Assembly (NCBI RefSeq): GCF_009914755.1
Contig: NC_060932.1
Reading direction: 5' to 3' (one strand)
DNA from: the human T2T-CHM13v2.0 reference genome, Homo sapiens
Length of the DNA stretch: 64,000 bases
Below, piece by piece: positions 43,196 through 59,462 of the stretch. A program made the position numbers and the translations under genes. The notes beneath the pieces were generated by a model. That model worked only from the letters and a program-made list of their open reading frames with translations, had not been told where the DNA came from and made no database searches. Position 1 is the first letter of the stretch. Every line of letters begins with the position of its first letter.

Positions 43196-44029
43196 CTATG
43201 TACATAGATATTTTATTTGCAACAAGGACAGGAAGTTAAGTCTTTTTTTTTAATATGGGGGTTTAAAACACGACCTATGAGTACATTATTAAAACTCTTT
43301 GATTATTTCTGGCTTAATGTCATAAAACTAGTGAAATCAACACAGGCCAATTAGAATTTCAGGTATCTATTTTCTGAAAATGACTTAGTATTTTGTATGT
43401 ACCTTGTAGAATGTCTGGAATCTTGTTAAGTGCTTACTACATGCCTGTTCATCATTGTCTATCCATTTATCTGTGATAAACACTAAATTAAATAGTGTTA
43501 TTTCTTCTAGAATAAAATCAATTATTTTATTTACAATAATAAAAAATATATTACATGTGCAAGTGTGTTTTTGCCCACAGATACATGGAGACACATGATT
43601 TATAGACACACATACAAAGCACATCCAAAACATAGGATATGATCTAAAAAAATTGCAAATTAAATGCTAAAGATGAATAAACGTGGTCTTTATAAAACAC
43701 TGCCAAGAACTTCATAAATATTTATAGATAGCACTTTTAACTCATTAATTGCCTTACATTGCCTTATCTAATTTTAAGCCTAATCAAAAATCAATATTAC
43801 TTGGGTTCCCAGTCTAGTCTTAGTTCTGTTCAAGAGAAGGCCACCCAAATATCAGCCTCTGATGAACACTGTACTATGCCTGAAATAAGAAAAAAATTTA
43901 GGAAGGAAAGAAGATTTGATATCATGGGGAAGCTATGTTTTGTGTTCCAGGAAAATATATATTTATATATCATATAAATAATATTTATATAATTCACATT
44001 TTAAAAATTATATGTACATATTATATTTA

Positions 44030-44163
44030 TACAGTTGACCCTTGGTATTCATGGTTTCAGGACCTCCATGTATACTGTACCAAAATTCACAAACACTCAA
44101 GTTTCTCATATAAAATGGCATAGTATTTACATATAACCTACACACATTCCCCCATATACTTTA
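44030..44163. mobile_element. MER2-like (TcMar-Tigger) fragment
   Basis: TACAGTTGACCCTTGGTATTC...TATAAAATGGCATAGTATTTACATATAACCTACAC. Confidence 0.75.
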
Positions 44164-44279
44164 CCTGTTTCCACTGTAAGCATATAAGTGCTATCTAGAA
44201 AAACAACCCTACAACGATTCACTGTTACATATCTTCTCACATACTTTAGAGAGTGGAAACAACAGTAGATTCTTTTCTT

Positions 44280-44621
44280 TCCCTAATTATTCTCTTGTCC
44301 CTTCCCTATGAGAGAATAATATATCCTTTCCTACTGCCATGTGCTTTGCCATACCCCTGTGGAATGAGTGTACTTGTGTTACAACTATGATTTCCAACAG
44401 CATGTAACAAACGTGACTTCGGGAAATAGCTTCAAATGCTATGGTGTCATTTGTTCCAACTGTTTCACTTCTATCCCCTTTACCATGAAAATTGTTTGCC
44501 ATAGTATGCGGGCTCCTCTCATCCAGCTGACATGAAACATGAGAAATAAACTGTTGTCCTAACATGAGGAGATTTGGGGCCTGTTTTTTTCCGAGCACAT
44601 GAGCCTAAAGATGACTAATAC
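44280..44621 (+). mobile_element. Old MaLR LTR (MLT1I/J-like)
   Basis: GAGAAATAAAC poly(A) signal, GAGATTTGGGG and terminal TGACTAATACA. Left boundary uncertain. Confidence 0.7.
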
Positions 44622-46687
44622 AGCTAACAAACATATTTTTAAAACCTAAATGTCTAAAAACATAAGGTCCTTATTTTTGCTTCTAGAAGTATGGAATAAC
44701 AGGAGCTGAGTTTACCTTTCTCCCTGAAACAATCAACAGAGAAATTATCTGAAACAACAGTTTCAACATTTGGGACATTAGGCCATATAGGACAGTGACC
44801 TCTGAAAGACTGGAAACATACAATGCAAGCCTTACAATGCAAGTCTCATCTTACAGCTGTGACAGAGTTTTCAGATGCAGGGAGGGAATACCCAGGCAGA
44901 GCCCAGGAGGTTCTCTGAGTTGACAAGAATGGCTGAGAGTTTAGGTGGAAAAGGCAGCTAGAATTTACAAGATAGACTTCAGAAGAGACAAGAGCTGCAT
45001 AGAGGGTGAATTCTGGAAATTTTCAGGTTTCCACTTCAGTATTCACCTGATCAGTAAAGAAAACCACTGAAGGACAGGGAAAGAACACCTAAATGAATGA
45101 GATGATGGTGCCCAGCACTCACACTGGGCTAAGAAATGGTGCCTATTCTTACCAGCTAGGATGGAAAAACTTATGACTCATGGGCAATCAGTAAAACACA
45201 CAGATGCATCTTGTCTCAGTAGTAGGGAATAATTATTCCTACACTGAGTACTGCTCCAGACATGCCTAACAATTCTTAAAGGCAAAATTGAAATAACAAT
45301 GTTTCTACATAACTCAGTTGTATACCAAACAAAGCTTTTTGTTATACAAAAATACAAAAAGCAGCACCCAAATAGTAAATTTCACAATGCCTGAAAACTA
45401 ATCCAATATTATCAGACACACACAAGCAGGAAAATGTGACACATAATAAGCAGGAAAAGATGGCTTACAATAAGTAGAAAAGTGAACAGAAACTGACCTA
45501 AAGTTGACAAAGATGTTAGAATTTGTAGACAGAAACACGAATACAGTCATTTTAACTTTATATGTTGTAAAATTTATGTAGAGACATGGAAGATGGAAAA
45601 ACGATGCCCAAATTGAACTTTCAGAGATGACAACTACAACATCTTGAATGAAAAATTCACAGAAAGGAATTAATGGCAGTTTAGATATTGAGAAGAAAAG
45701 ACTAGTGAACTTACAGGTGCAGTAATAAAAATATCCAGATAAAACAAAGAAAAAGAAACTACCAGATTACATAAAAAGATAAAAAGTCAGATATAATTAT
45801 ATGTTTTCTACAAAGAAAGCTAACATGAATCAAAACAAAGCAAAAATGGCTACATTAATATCAGACGAAGTGGTCCTCAAAGAAGACTATTAGCGGGGAT
45901 AAAAATGCATTTCTTGATGATAAACGGGTCAGTTCACATGGAATCATTATAAGCTTAAACATGTATACACCCAACCACAGGGTTTCAAATACATGAAGCA
46001 AAAACAGAAAGAAGAAATAGACAAATATATAATTATAGCAAAAGATTTCAAAACACCTCTCTCAATAATTTTATTGAACAAAAATACAGTAAGGTAGTCA
46101 GTACATAACAGACCAGAAAAAAATACTATCAACCAACTTGCCTAATTTATGTTTATGGAATGCTGTATCCACTAAATATCTATGTTGGAAAGGAAGAAAG
46201 TTTGCAAATTGACCTTGGAATTCACCTGAATATATGAGGAAGTGTTGATTAAACCCAAAGCACATAGAACAGTTATAACAAAAACAAAAAGAGAAAAATC
46301 AATGGAATTGGACCAAAAACTTAATATATACAATTAAAAAAAATCAAAAGTTGGATCTCTGAATAGATAAGTTAACGTATCCCAGCAAGACTGATCAGGA
46401 ACATACAGGAAGAAGAAATAAATCATTAATATTAGAAATGAGAAAAGTCACATCACTATAGACTCCACGGATAACAAAAGAAAAATTAAAACATATGAAC
46501 AACTTTATACCAATATGTTTGACAATCTAGACCTATAAGAAATGGTCAGCTCTCTTTAAAAATACATACTACTTAAAAATCCCTCCAGAAGAAATAGAAA
46601 ATCTGAATATCTCTGTATATATTTCAACAAATGAATTTGTAGCTAAAACCCTTTAAATACAAAAAAAAAAAAAAAAAAAAAAAGTCA

Positions 46688-47224
<537 letters not shown>

Positions 47225-47597
47225 TCATTTTATGAACTCAATATTACCCTGATATGCTGATATGAAGACTTGATAAAGGCATTATCTAAAATAGAAGTTT
47301 GTGGACCAATATCCCTCATGAACATAGACACCAAAAACTCTAAATTCATTTTAGTAAATTCAGTCCATCAAACAAGATATAAAATGGATAACAATATATG
47401 AGTAAGTTGACTTCATTGCAGGAATGCAAGGATGACTAAAAATTCTCAAGTGAATCTATGTAATTCACCATATTAACAAGTAAAAAAAAAGGAAATACAT
47501 AAGATAATATCAATAGATACAGAAAATGTGCTTAATAAAATGTCTTTTTCTATTAAAAATTATCAGAAAGTAGGAAAAGAAAGGAAATAACTTTATA

Positions 47598-47735
47598 AAG
47601 AGGGAAGGAAGGAAGGAGGGAGGGAGGCAGGGAGGGAAGGAAGGAAAGATGGAGGGAGGGAGGAGGGGAGGAGAGGAGGGAGGGGAGGAGGAAAGGGAGG
47701 GAGGGAGGCGGGAGAGAGGGAAGGAGGGAGGGGAG
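47598..47735. repeat. GGAG/GGAA G-rich polypurine tract
   Basis: Directly visible. Confidence 0.9.
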
Positions 47736-50184
47736 CCGCAGCTAACATCATAGTTAATGGTAAAAAAAAAAAAAAAAAAAACCTGACTGTTTTCTCTCTA
47801 ATATCACAAGTAAGTCAAGCTGTCTGCTCCCACCATCTCTAGTCAACATTGTACTTGAGGTACTAGGCAGTGAAATCAGGCAACACAAACAAACAGAAGG
47901 CATCCAGATTGGAAAACAAAGATGTCATTATTCATAGACAACATAATCATCCATGTAGAAAATTAAATATAACCTACAAAGAAGTTACTGGAAATAATAA
48001 GTGAATTTAGAAAGACAAGTTAAAATATCAATATTAAATGTATTTCCATACTAGCAAACAGCTGAAAATAAAATTTTAAAAATATTATATACAGTAGCAT
48101 AAAATTATAAAATTCTTATGGTAAATATGGTAAATAATGTTAGACACTGAAAACTATAAAACATTGTTTAGAGAAATGAAAGAGGGCAAAATAAAGGAAG
48201 CCATAGCTGGTGTTAATGGGTAGGAAATTTCAATATTATTTAGATATAAATTCTCCCCAAATGGGTCCATAGTTTCAATTCAATGTCAATCAGTCATTTG
48301 ACTTTTCTGTGGAAATTGACAAAATCACTTCAAATTCATATTTAAATGCAGAGGGCCTAAAATAGCCAAACAACGTTTAAAAAGAGGAACCAAATAGGAG
48401 GATTAACACTATCTCATTTCAATAGACATTATAAAGCTCTTATAATCAACACACTGTTGTATTAGAGAAAATAATAGACATATTGATCAATAGAAGAGAA
48501 TAGACAGATTAGATATAGACCCACACACGTATGGAAATTTCTTGCAAAGATGCAAAGGTATTTCCATAAAAGAAGGATAATCTTTCAACAAGTGGTGTTG
48601 GGACTACTGGATAACCATATGTAAGAAGTAAGCTTTGATCTTCTCTCCCACTATCTACAAAATTTATTACAGCATTTAAGCAAAAATGTAAATCCTAAAG
48701 CAATAAAAATCTTTTTAAAAATCATAGAATAAAACTTCGTCACAATGGATTAGGCAAAGATTTCTTAAGAACCGTCCCAGAAGCACAATCAATAAAAGGA
48801 CAAAAGGATAAAATGGATATCAGAAAAACTGAAAACTTTTGCTCTTTAAATGACATGGTTAAGAAAATGCAAAGACAAGCTACAAGCTATAAGGATGAAA
48901 TCTGTGTAAAGGATTTCTATCAAAATATGTAAAGAGCTGTCAAAACACAATAATAAGAAAGCCAACAATTTAATTAAAAATTTAGTAAAATATGTGAACA
49001 GATTGTTCACCAAATAAGGTATATGGATGGAAAATAAACGTGAGGAAAGATGTGCAACATCATTATTTATTAAAATATGCAATTTAAAATCACAATTAGG
49101 TACAACTCACATACTAGAATATCTAAAATTAAAGAGACTGCTTGTGTCGACCAGTGTTAAATATGTAGTGGAACTGAACTTCTTACACTCTACTGGTGGA
49201 AATGTAAAACAAGAAATCTTTTTTAAAAAGAATTTATCAAATTCTTTAAAAACTTAAAGACTGTATACAGCAACCATATGATCCAACCATTCCACTCCCA
49301 GATATCTCACCAAGAAAAAAATAATTGTATCTCAATAAAAATGATTTCACACTAATTTTCATAGCAGCTTTTTTTTTGTAATAACCTAAAGCCGGAAACA
49401 ACAGGTGAATAGATTCCATAGAATGGAATACTACTCATCAATAAACAGAATCAGAATAAACTATTGATATATACTACAACATGGTTTGATCTCAAAATAA
49501 TTAGCCAGACATTCCAGAGAACATATTGTATGATTTATATTCTATAAAACTGAAGAAAATGCAAACTAATCTATCACGAAATGAAGCAGATCAGGGCTTT
49601 TCTCAGCTATACGTGGGGTGAGGCCAGGCAGAGTGGTTCTGAGGAAGTATCAGGAGTCTTTGTTGGTAATGCATAAGTTCCGTATCTTACAGTGGTGTCT
49701 ATTTAATGAATGTATACTTATGTCAAAAAGTATCAATTAGTACATTTTAAATATGGAAAACTGTGCTTCAATAAAGTTGTTATAAGAAAAAAATGAAATT
49801 CAAATTGGAAATTATAGCACTCCAAGTACTATCTACGATAGAAACTTTTTAAATTAGGCACTTTTTAAAAAGCAAAATGTCTCTTTTATTTCTTTATCTT
49901 CAAATCACCTTAATACAGAAAGTTAAACATAAATTTTGGTTTCTTTTTACATAGGCATTGAGAACAGAACATTCTACTGAATAGCCCTATTATGGATTTT
50001 TGCAAACTGTTATACCCATTCGCTCTCTTCTATATATAGGCTGAAATATATCTCTCTTTATGACCAAAGAAAAAAATTTATTTTCAATGCCTTCACACTA
50101 TTAGATTCATGATGTTTGCTTTACTTCAAAGTATCTCATATTATCTCAGTGTTAAATTTCATTACATAATATTAGTGTAAGTTT

Positions 50185-50560
50185 TTCATTCAAATGTTCA
50201 TTCAATAACAATTTACTGAACAGTTAAAATATGCATGCACTGTGCTGGGCCGTGAAGTTATAATCATGAGAATGGCATAGTCATGGTTGTCAAGGAGTCT
50301 CAGGACTTTAAAGGAGAGAAGGAGGTAAAGAAACATTAGCATACAGTATTGCAAACACAATACTCAGTAACTAGAAAGACAGAAGATGGAGAAAACAAAG
50401 GGATGGTTAGTTTTGATTGGCGAGATGGTGGAGCACACAAGTGAGAAACGTGTGAGAAGGCTTCATGGAATAAGAACCAAATATGCTGAGTTTTAAAGGA
50501 TAAGCTTTGGGAGGTAAAGGTTATTATATACAAGACATGGAGCTACTTCATAGAATAGGA
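50185..50560 (-). mobile_element. L2 3' remnant
   Basis: TTCATTCAATAACAATTTACTGAA...GCACTGTGCTGGGC...TCAAGGAGTCTCA. Confidence 0.7.
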
Positions 50561-50614
50561 ACTAAAATAACTAAGTGAAAAAGGAAAGAATTTAATGATC
50601 ATGGCTAACATGTA

Positions 50615-50986
50615 TGACATGGTTAGGCTTTGTGTACCCACCCAAATCTCATCTTGAATTGTAATCCTCATAATCTCCATGTGTCAAGGGAGAGACCAGG
50701 TGGAGGTAATTGAATCATGGCGGCAGTTTCCCCACCGCTGTTCTCATGATAGTGAGTGAGTTCTCAGGACACCTGACAGTTTTAAAAGAGGATCTTTTGC
50801 TTCACTCAGTACTTCTCCTTCCTGCCACCTTCTGAAGAAGATGCCTTGCTTCCCCTTCGCCTTCCACCAGGATTTTAAGTTTCCTGACACCTCTCCAGCC
50901 GTACTGTGATTCAATTAAACCTCTTTCCTTTATAAATGACCAGTCTTGGGCAATTCTTCATAGCTGTATGAAAACAGACTAATACA
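50615..50986 (+). mobile_element. THE1D-like MaLR solo LTR
   Basis: TGACATGGTTAGGCTTTGTG...CAAGGGAGAGACCAGGTGGAGGTAATTG...GACTAATACA. Confidence 0.92.
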
Positions 50987-51060
50987 GAGTAATATGCTAT
51001 TGCTGTAGAGTATGACATTTAGTCTGCAAGTGGAAGAAAGCTTTTAAAGAATGTATTCAA

Positions 51061-51391
<331 letters not shown>

Positions 51392-53974
51392 TCACATCTA
51401 TCTGGAAAAGAAATTAATACACTGATATTTAACTTTGGCTTCCTGCAATACAACAGTACCTTTACCAAAAGACTATCAAAGATTTATTCAAGCCTTTGTA
51501 AATAATGAGTTGTTGAAGATTTTGAAACCCAAATGGTTTTATCATGCTGTTTACTGTCCTGTCAAAACACATTACCAATTAAATAGATGGGCATTGTATT
51601 TCACAAAGAAAATATATTTTAATACTTTTGTATCTTAGAGGTAATCCATTTATAGAACATGATTTTCCATTTATATATATCTATCCTTTGTGTCATTATT
51701 ATCATAGTCTAATGCTGGAGATGTTTGGACTTCAGAGCGAATACTTTCCAGGGAATCTAAGATGGTGGGGAAAGGATATTGTGCCCATCTTCTCTCATTT
51801 CATGACTTTTCCTCCGAGAACAAAACAGTGTTATATGCAGGATAACCAGTTTTATTAAAGAAGAGTGATGATAGCTGAGATTCTTGATAACACACAGAAG
51901 AAGTGTATTTGACATAAGAAAGTTTATTAAACTCATCTTTGACCTTTGTTTTTTTCCTTTCTAGGAAACAAACTTTAGCAATCAACTTGTCCCCTCAGGT
52001 TAAAGATTCCATTGTTTTCATTTTTTAAGTTAGTACACTGTTGGTCCCTAAACTTCTTTGATCAAATTATTATTTTTTTAAAGAGGCAATGCTTTAAGAC
52101 TTCTCCTGCCAAGTCAGCTCCAGAAATAAAATCACAAAATCTCAAGCGCAATATTTTTTCAGTGATACAAAATAATTTCTGTAAATATTTGGAGCATGTA
52201 CTATATTGCCTTATGTTCAAGTCCAAGAACCATCTGAAAGGTAGAAATAGTTCATCAAGGTAAAATGTATTCTACAGTCATAATACTTTGTAAATAATTT
52301 ATAGGACAAAAAATATTCAAAGATATCTCAGTTGATATATGGCTACAGAATATTCTTATGCTTCTAAATATTAAGGAAATAGTAAACTGTAACTCAAGAA
52401 AGGAAGCTGTACTTATTATATGTGATTGAGTAAAAGTCTAATCAAAATCAAAAATTAATTCAACAAAAGTTGCCATCGAGTACACACCAGCCCAAAGTAA
52501 CAAACACCCTACCAACAATTGCCTGAAAATATTCTAGAATTAATTTTCACCTCAGTTGAACAATTTATTGACTTTTTTCCCTGCACGCCAGATGCCTATA
52601 GTCTCCCCTACAAACATCTTGTCTTTTCCATTTTTGTTCATATTTAGTTTTTGGCAACCACAGCTTGTATAATTACATTATGTTGGAGCAGGACCATATT
52701 AAGGAAACATTGCAAAGTACAAAAAATTTTCTTTGGCTCACCTCCCATCTGTAGTGTTTCATGGAGTAATAGCCTTTCTCTGCATCAAAGTCTTTCCTGG
52801 ATTCCTGTGGTATTGTTCCCAGAATCTCCTCGTCTAAACTCTCCTGAAGCGTTAGCTCCTAAACACATATGTTACTATTTCTATGGGGCTTTTCCTTTAC
52901 TAGGAATGGAAAACACTGTTGAGATGATCAGATATATACTGCTGATGAGGCAGCCACACTTACCAGCCAGAGGCCAGCTCTGCTTCTGAGGATACATAGA
53001 AAGTATATTCCAATAGCGGCCTTTGCATGTGTGCATTATAGCAGCATTCATATTTGAAGAAAGTCAAATTAAAGCATGCATATAAAACTTGTACTATTTG
53101 CAGTTTGAAGATTTTGCCCATGAATTTCAAATGTCTGCATGGAATCCCAAGTTATTTTCTCTTTATGGTATAAAAATGTTAAAGAGTGGGGAAGAGGAGG
53201 TAATGATCAAAATGCTCATGTGAGGAAACAACTAGGTATTTTATGAGAAAGACAAGCTTCCAAACACAGGTTAAACATGGCACTTTTCATCTCACCTGAA
53301 GCATGCTGGCCACTCCAGTCCACCAAATGCAGTTCCCTTGGGACCTACGCTGGATGGATACCCAAGGTCTCATGAGGTAAAGGCTAGGACACTTGCTCTT
53401 TCTGACCAGGCAGTGCTGTGGCTGATTAATATCCACCCAAAGCCACAATCACCTTCTGATCTGAGGAGCAGGTGACGGGGAGATTCTGAAGTCTCTTGAT
53501 AAATTATGCAAACATAATCAAACAATACACATTGCAGGTTAAAAAAAAATTCAGTCACTGAAGTGGTTTGCTTTGTCCTTTAAAGAACTGAATCTAAATA
53601 GATTGTCATCAATCATTGGCAGTTCCTAGAATGACAACGCTGAGAAATTAGTATTACATGGGTACCATAGAAGAGCTATTTTCTTTCCTAGTGAAACGCT
53701 TGGGAAAGGAGAGAGGAAGGGAGAAAAATAAACAAGGCTTTTCTAACTACTGTTGGAATTTTCCTTTCTCTGTTCTTTCTTCAGATGAACCAGAAGACCA
53801 ATTTAGTCCCAATATCCAATGCTTTCACATGACTACAGCTTATCCTAAGCCTTCCTTCCTCCTTGCCAATACAAAATACACACCTTTCAAGGATCTTTCA
53901 AGGCCTATATCAAAGGTCGAAATTTGCCTACTCCTAAGTCATTCATTTTGTAACGACATCAGTTTCTATGTGAT

Positions 53975-53979
<5 letters not shown>

Positions 53980-54010
<31 letters not shown>
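53980..54010. repeat. (TA)n
   Basis: Directly visible. Confidence 0.95.
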
Positions 54011-54012
<2 letters not shown>

Positions 54013-54988
54013 TTTTGTATATATATTCTAATTTTATATACTCTGTCTAAAGCTACAATATCTCCTTGCACAGAGTCACAAAATGTAAATTGAAATACAT
54101 TATTGTTATTAGTTTGATTTTTGTGTTACCTCATCTTCACTATTTAGTAATCATCTTAAATGCAGTAACTTTTGACTTGTAAATGTTGGGCTTTTGACAC
54201 AGAGTTGGTGTTAACAACATTATATGCAAAATGACTCACTTTACTATTTCATTCGCAATTCACAAAACAAAAAGTTAATTTGTATTCATTGAATAAGATA
54301 ATACATAGACATATCAAAAATATATAATTTATAGTTTATTTAGACTCAACATTGTTCCACAACATATCTAAAGCAGAAAGAAAAGATAAAAATATACACA
54401 TTTATTTTTACAATAAATACTGTCAATAAGTTATCAACTAAATATTAAGGCACTTCTTAGATTAATAAAATTAATAAATTTCACATTGTGTAATATTGTT
54501 TTCATAATAGGAAGCCAGTGGTTTTCATTATTTTTCAATAGTCATCGTAGATATGATTATTGCAAATATAAGATATTTTGAATACATACAGTAATATAGT
54601 TTGGTGTTAAACAGTAGAGAGAAGAAGGATTTACTGGTCCTTCTGATTTCTTTTTTCACTTTTGTTGGATTATTTCAGGAATACCAGCAGGAATTAGTTT
54701 GCTATTATCATTTTATTTTCATAGAGAGGAAAGGAGAGAGTAGGTCAATTGGGATCAGTCTCCCAGGGCATATAAACCCGGCAGAGAGTGGCCCTCTTTA
54801 ATCTCTGCTACCCTAGACATCAAAGGCTGCACTGCCACTATTCACAGAGATATGTCAGCATGTCCACAGGGGCCTGAACAATCATGCAGAGGTCCATGCT
54901 ATGGCCTCTCTTGGGAAATCCCGCTCCCGACTTTATCTGGTATGCTCTCCCACCTCCCTCAAGATCTAACTTTGATGCAACTTCCTAG

Positions 54989-55361
<373 letters not shown>

Positions 55362-56629
55362 TAGCCCATTCTGATTTATGCTTGCTATTCCCATGTCAAA
55401 ACATTGCCCCATTTTACCCTCAACAGTGTCCATACTTGCAGGATAGATTATAGTCATGGGGTTCAGCTTAAAATCTGCCTTGACTAGAAGGTCAATTCTG
55501 GTTCTCTCATCTCTAGGCATCCCTTCTAGCCACCAAGTAGATTTTGTTTTCAACACAGACTGAGGCCAACTCTAAAAAGTTATCAAAAATACTTAAAGAA
55601 AACATATGGTCAAATTGTGGTTGTATTATTGCAAATGCCAACAGAGGCCTGAGTCTTAGGAATTTTTCCCAGAAATACTCTCCCTTCAGTTTTCATAAGC
55701 TCAAAGGCAGAACATGCCCGGTAACATAATAGTAATGTTAAATTCCAAAGGCAGCCTAGTGATGGTTTTTGCCAGCATGTAATTCACTTGATAGAATTCT
55801 AAGGCTTTCACTTCTGATGACTCACAATGTTGGTGATTTGAGATAAGACCACAAAAGGAAAAGACCCAACTTTTCATTAAAGGCCGATCCGAATTTTGCA
55901 AGACATTTTCCAGTGATAACAAACAATGCTACAATATAGTTACCGACAATTCAATTCCTGTTCAAGCACATAATTTCTCCAAAACTTTTAATTGACGTTT
56001 ATAACCCTATGACTAATACATTGTAAATTAATCAAAATAAAACATATAATATTTAGGTCGAGGATAGGATTAAGGATGGTGGCTAGGATCAAGATATAAA
56101 TTCCATTTTAATACACTTTTTGTGGTGTTTAAGATTTAGCTAAGATTAGTTATTTAGCGAAGATAAGTTATGATTCAATGAAAATAAATAGAAGAATCTA
56201 CATACTGGCACATCGATGATACAGACTGTAACGAATCCTATATTTGGCAGTGGCTTCAGGGGAGATTTGGGAAGGACAGGCCCTTGCTCTTTTTCATCAA
56301 CCTCTAAAGGTTAGGGTTTGAGGCAAGAAGGCCATTCAAGGAAGAAGAAGTGTACTTAGATGATAAACACAAAAGTTCAGCACTATCACATATTCAAACT
56401 ATTGCAAATTTATGCATGTGGCCAAAGTTTTCCACACTCAGCTTGGCAAAGGTTTTTAAAACTTGGTATGAGTGACTGCTACTGAGAAGCTGAGCTCTCT
56501 CATGTTCCCTAATGAGAATGCAAATCAATAGAGTATTCTGGAGAGCAATATTAAAGCCCTCCCCCAAATAAAGACTGTGAAACCCATTTATTCCAGTTTC
56601 TACTGATTGTTCCAATAGGAAATAATTCA

Positions 56630-56727
56630 CAAATTAAATCAGAGTCACTGGGCAGGGGGCTTAGGCAGCAGTATGTTTAAAAGCTCCCTAGGTAATTCTG
56701 AAATAGCCAGGTTTTACAAGCACAGGT
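56630..56727. mobile_element. MER5-like fragment
   Basis: TTAAATCAGAGTCACTGGG...TTTAAAAGCTCCCTAGGTAATTCT. Confidence 0.6.
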
Positions 56728-56886
56728 TTACGCAGACAGTCAACAGCAGGGAAAGAGGTTAATTAAATATTGTTAAGTAATTAAAAGCAAACCATACCTC
56801 ACTATTTCTGAACATTCAGAAATGCACACCCATACACATATCTAAGACTGAGTCAACAGTCAGTGTCAATAACAGTTATTTCTAGG

Positions 56887-57302
56887 TCATATGGTTTGGA
56901 TCCGTGTCTCTGCCCAAATCTGAAGTGGAATGGTAACCCCCAGTGTTGGAGGAGGGGCCTGGAGGAAGGTGATGGGATCATGGGGCAGAATTCTCATGAA
57001 TGGTTTAGCACCATCCTCTCTTAGTACTGTATAGTCAGTGAGTTCCCATAAGATCTGGTGTTTAAAAGTGCGTAGCGCCTCCCTCCTCTCTCTTGTTCAT
57101 GATCCAGCCATGTAAGATGGGCCTGCTAACCCTTCACCTCCTGCCATGATTGTAAGTTTCCTGAGGCCTGCTCAGAAACCCAGCGGAAGCTGGCATCATG
57201 CTTCCTGCACAGCCTGCAGTACTGAACCTCACTTAAACCTCTTTTCTTTATCAATTACCCAGTTGTCAGATATTTCTTTATAGCAGTGAAAAAACGAATA
57301 CA
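56887..57302 (+). mobile_element. MST-type MaLR solo LTR
   Basis: ATATGGTTTGGATCCGTGTC...CATGAATGGTTTAGCACCATCC...AATACA; TSD CTAGG/CTAGA. Confidence 0.92.
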
Positions 57303-57519
57303 CTAGATAATGAGATTACAGATGAGAGATTTTGCATGTGATTTGTATTACGATTCTTTTAGTTAATTTGCATTTTCCCAATACTCTATAATGAGCTTAC
57401 ATTGCTTTCACACTGCTAAAATTATTTTTACAAGACTAGTATTAAAACTATTATTTCATAGTAATAGTTCACAGGGCGTTAAGCTTTAAGAACCTCAGAA
57501 TCACCTAAAATGTGTTTTA

Positions 57520-57867
<348 letters not shown>

Positions 57868-58067
57868 TCACCCCATACTAACACACTTGAATCTTTTGGA
57901 ATGGGCAAGATTCAAAAATACTTATTTTCAGAAAAATCCTCATATGATTAAAGTGTAGAAGATAATTTGAGAACATTATGGTCTGTAATGTGAACTTTAT
58001 ATTTATTAGAGTCTCTGTTATAAAAGAAGCTAAACCTTATTAACTGATCTCCTTTATAATAAAATCC

Positions 58068-59462
58068 AGTGAGTTTCAAGCTTTTTGATCTTGACAACCC
58101 TTACGTTCTTAAAATTAGTGAAGACCCTAGAGAGCTATTGTGTATATATGTATACACATATAAAATATATACATATTAATGAGAAATTAAGATAAATTAT
58201 TTAAATATTAATTAATTTGCTTCACAATAATGAACTCATCACATTAACAGAAGTAATATTTTATTTAAAAAATTCTTAAAACAAAACATTCCAATTAGTA
58301 AGAAGAGTAACATTGTTTGACGCTTTTTCAAATCTCTTTCAAATCAACCTTAACAGAAGGCAATTGTAGTGTGACAATTATTTCTGATTTTATTTCCTTG
58401 CAGTGTGTTGTTTTAGTTGAAACATGAGAAAAATCTGGACTCACACAGATACAAGTTGGATATAGTTGGCAAAGGAAAGACTATTTTAGCCTTTTTAGCT
58501 AATTTTGAATATTCTTCTTTGATATTACAATGAAAGCCAGCACAATTTTTTAAGATTAGTTGCAATGTGTAATCTGAAACCTATAAACGAACCTTTCCTA
58601 CGTGGTTGCATTAAAACCACTGGTTTGTCTATTTAGTGGAATTTTTACCCAAGCCTGATTTTGTAACATAATACATTGGTCATCTGGAAAATACTGGTTC
58701 ACTGAATTTTACCAATTTTCTAAGTAGTGACACATTTCATTATATAATATCAAAATGTCCGCTTTGTTAAATGCCTAACCGGTTTAACAAAAAACGAGTT
58801 TTATATCAAGTATTTGTTGATCTAATAGTGGTAGGTGCAAATTTACCAAAATTCTAATTTTTACATGAAAGCTCAATGTTTTTCTTTGGCAACAAATAAT
58901 GTCAGTTTTCCTTTGATTATAGATTTACTTTGCTAATTTTTGAAAAAAAGACCTAATATTCATATCTGAATAACTTTTCTGTCAGTTATTATTTTAGGTC
59001 AAAATGGTATTTCATGAAAAGAAAATAGCAACTTCAGTCAACATCCCAAACAATGCCAGAAGTCCTTTTCCTGAAGACAGCCATTGTGCTCTGGTATGTT
59101 GCAGAAGTATTTTATGCATACTCTCTATTTTGTGACACAGATTATTAAGAGAAACTTACTTGAGGGTCAAGATTCAATAAAAGCAGTCTTTATCACTGCT
59201 TTATCAAGGATATTCTCAAGCTCTTAAGAGTGTATAGCAGTAAAGACTATAGTGACCACTAGCACATTTTGGGACCATTCATTTGATTCACATTAAGGTA
59301 CTAGCAATTTAATCTACCATAACTTTTGTACTGTCATTGAAGTGTCATAAAGATAAAAAAAAAGGTAGACAATACGTTATTACTATTATAAAAACTAGTT
59401 TAACCCTAAACTCCCTTGAAAGAGTCTCAGGGACACATTGGACTCTTCTTTGGAAGACTACA
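58068..59462. mobile_element. Charlie1a-like hAT DNA transposon
   Basis: Start CAGTGAGTTTCAAGCTTTTTGATCT...CTTAAAATTAGTGAAGACCC and end ...GTCTCAGGGAC; about 1.4 kb. Confidence 0.8.

Noticed and set aside
51965-51998. Plus-strand acceptor TTTTTCCTTTCTAG followed by a 34-nt segment
   Set aside because: The donor GTTAAA is poor and the peptide is unrecognisable.
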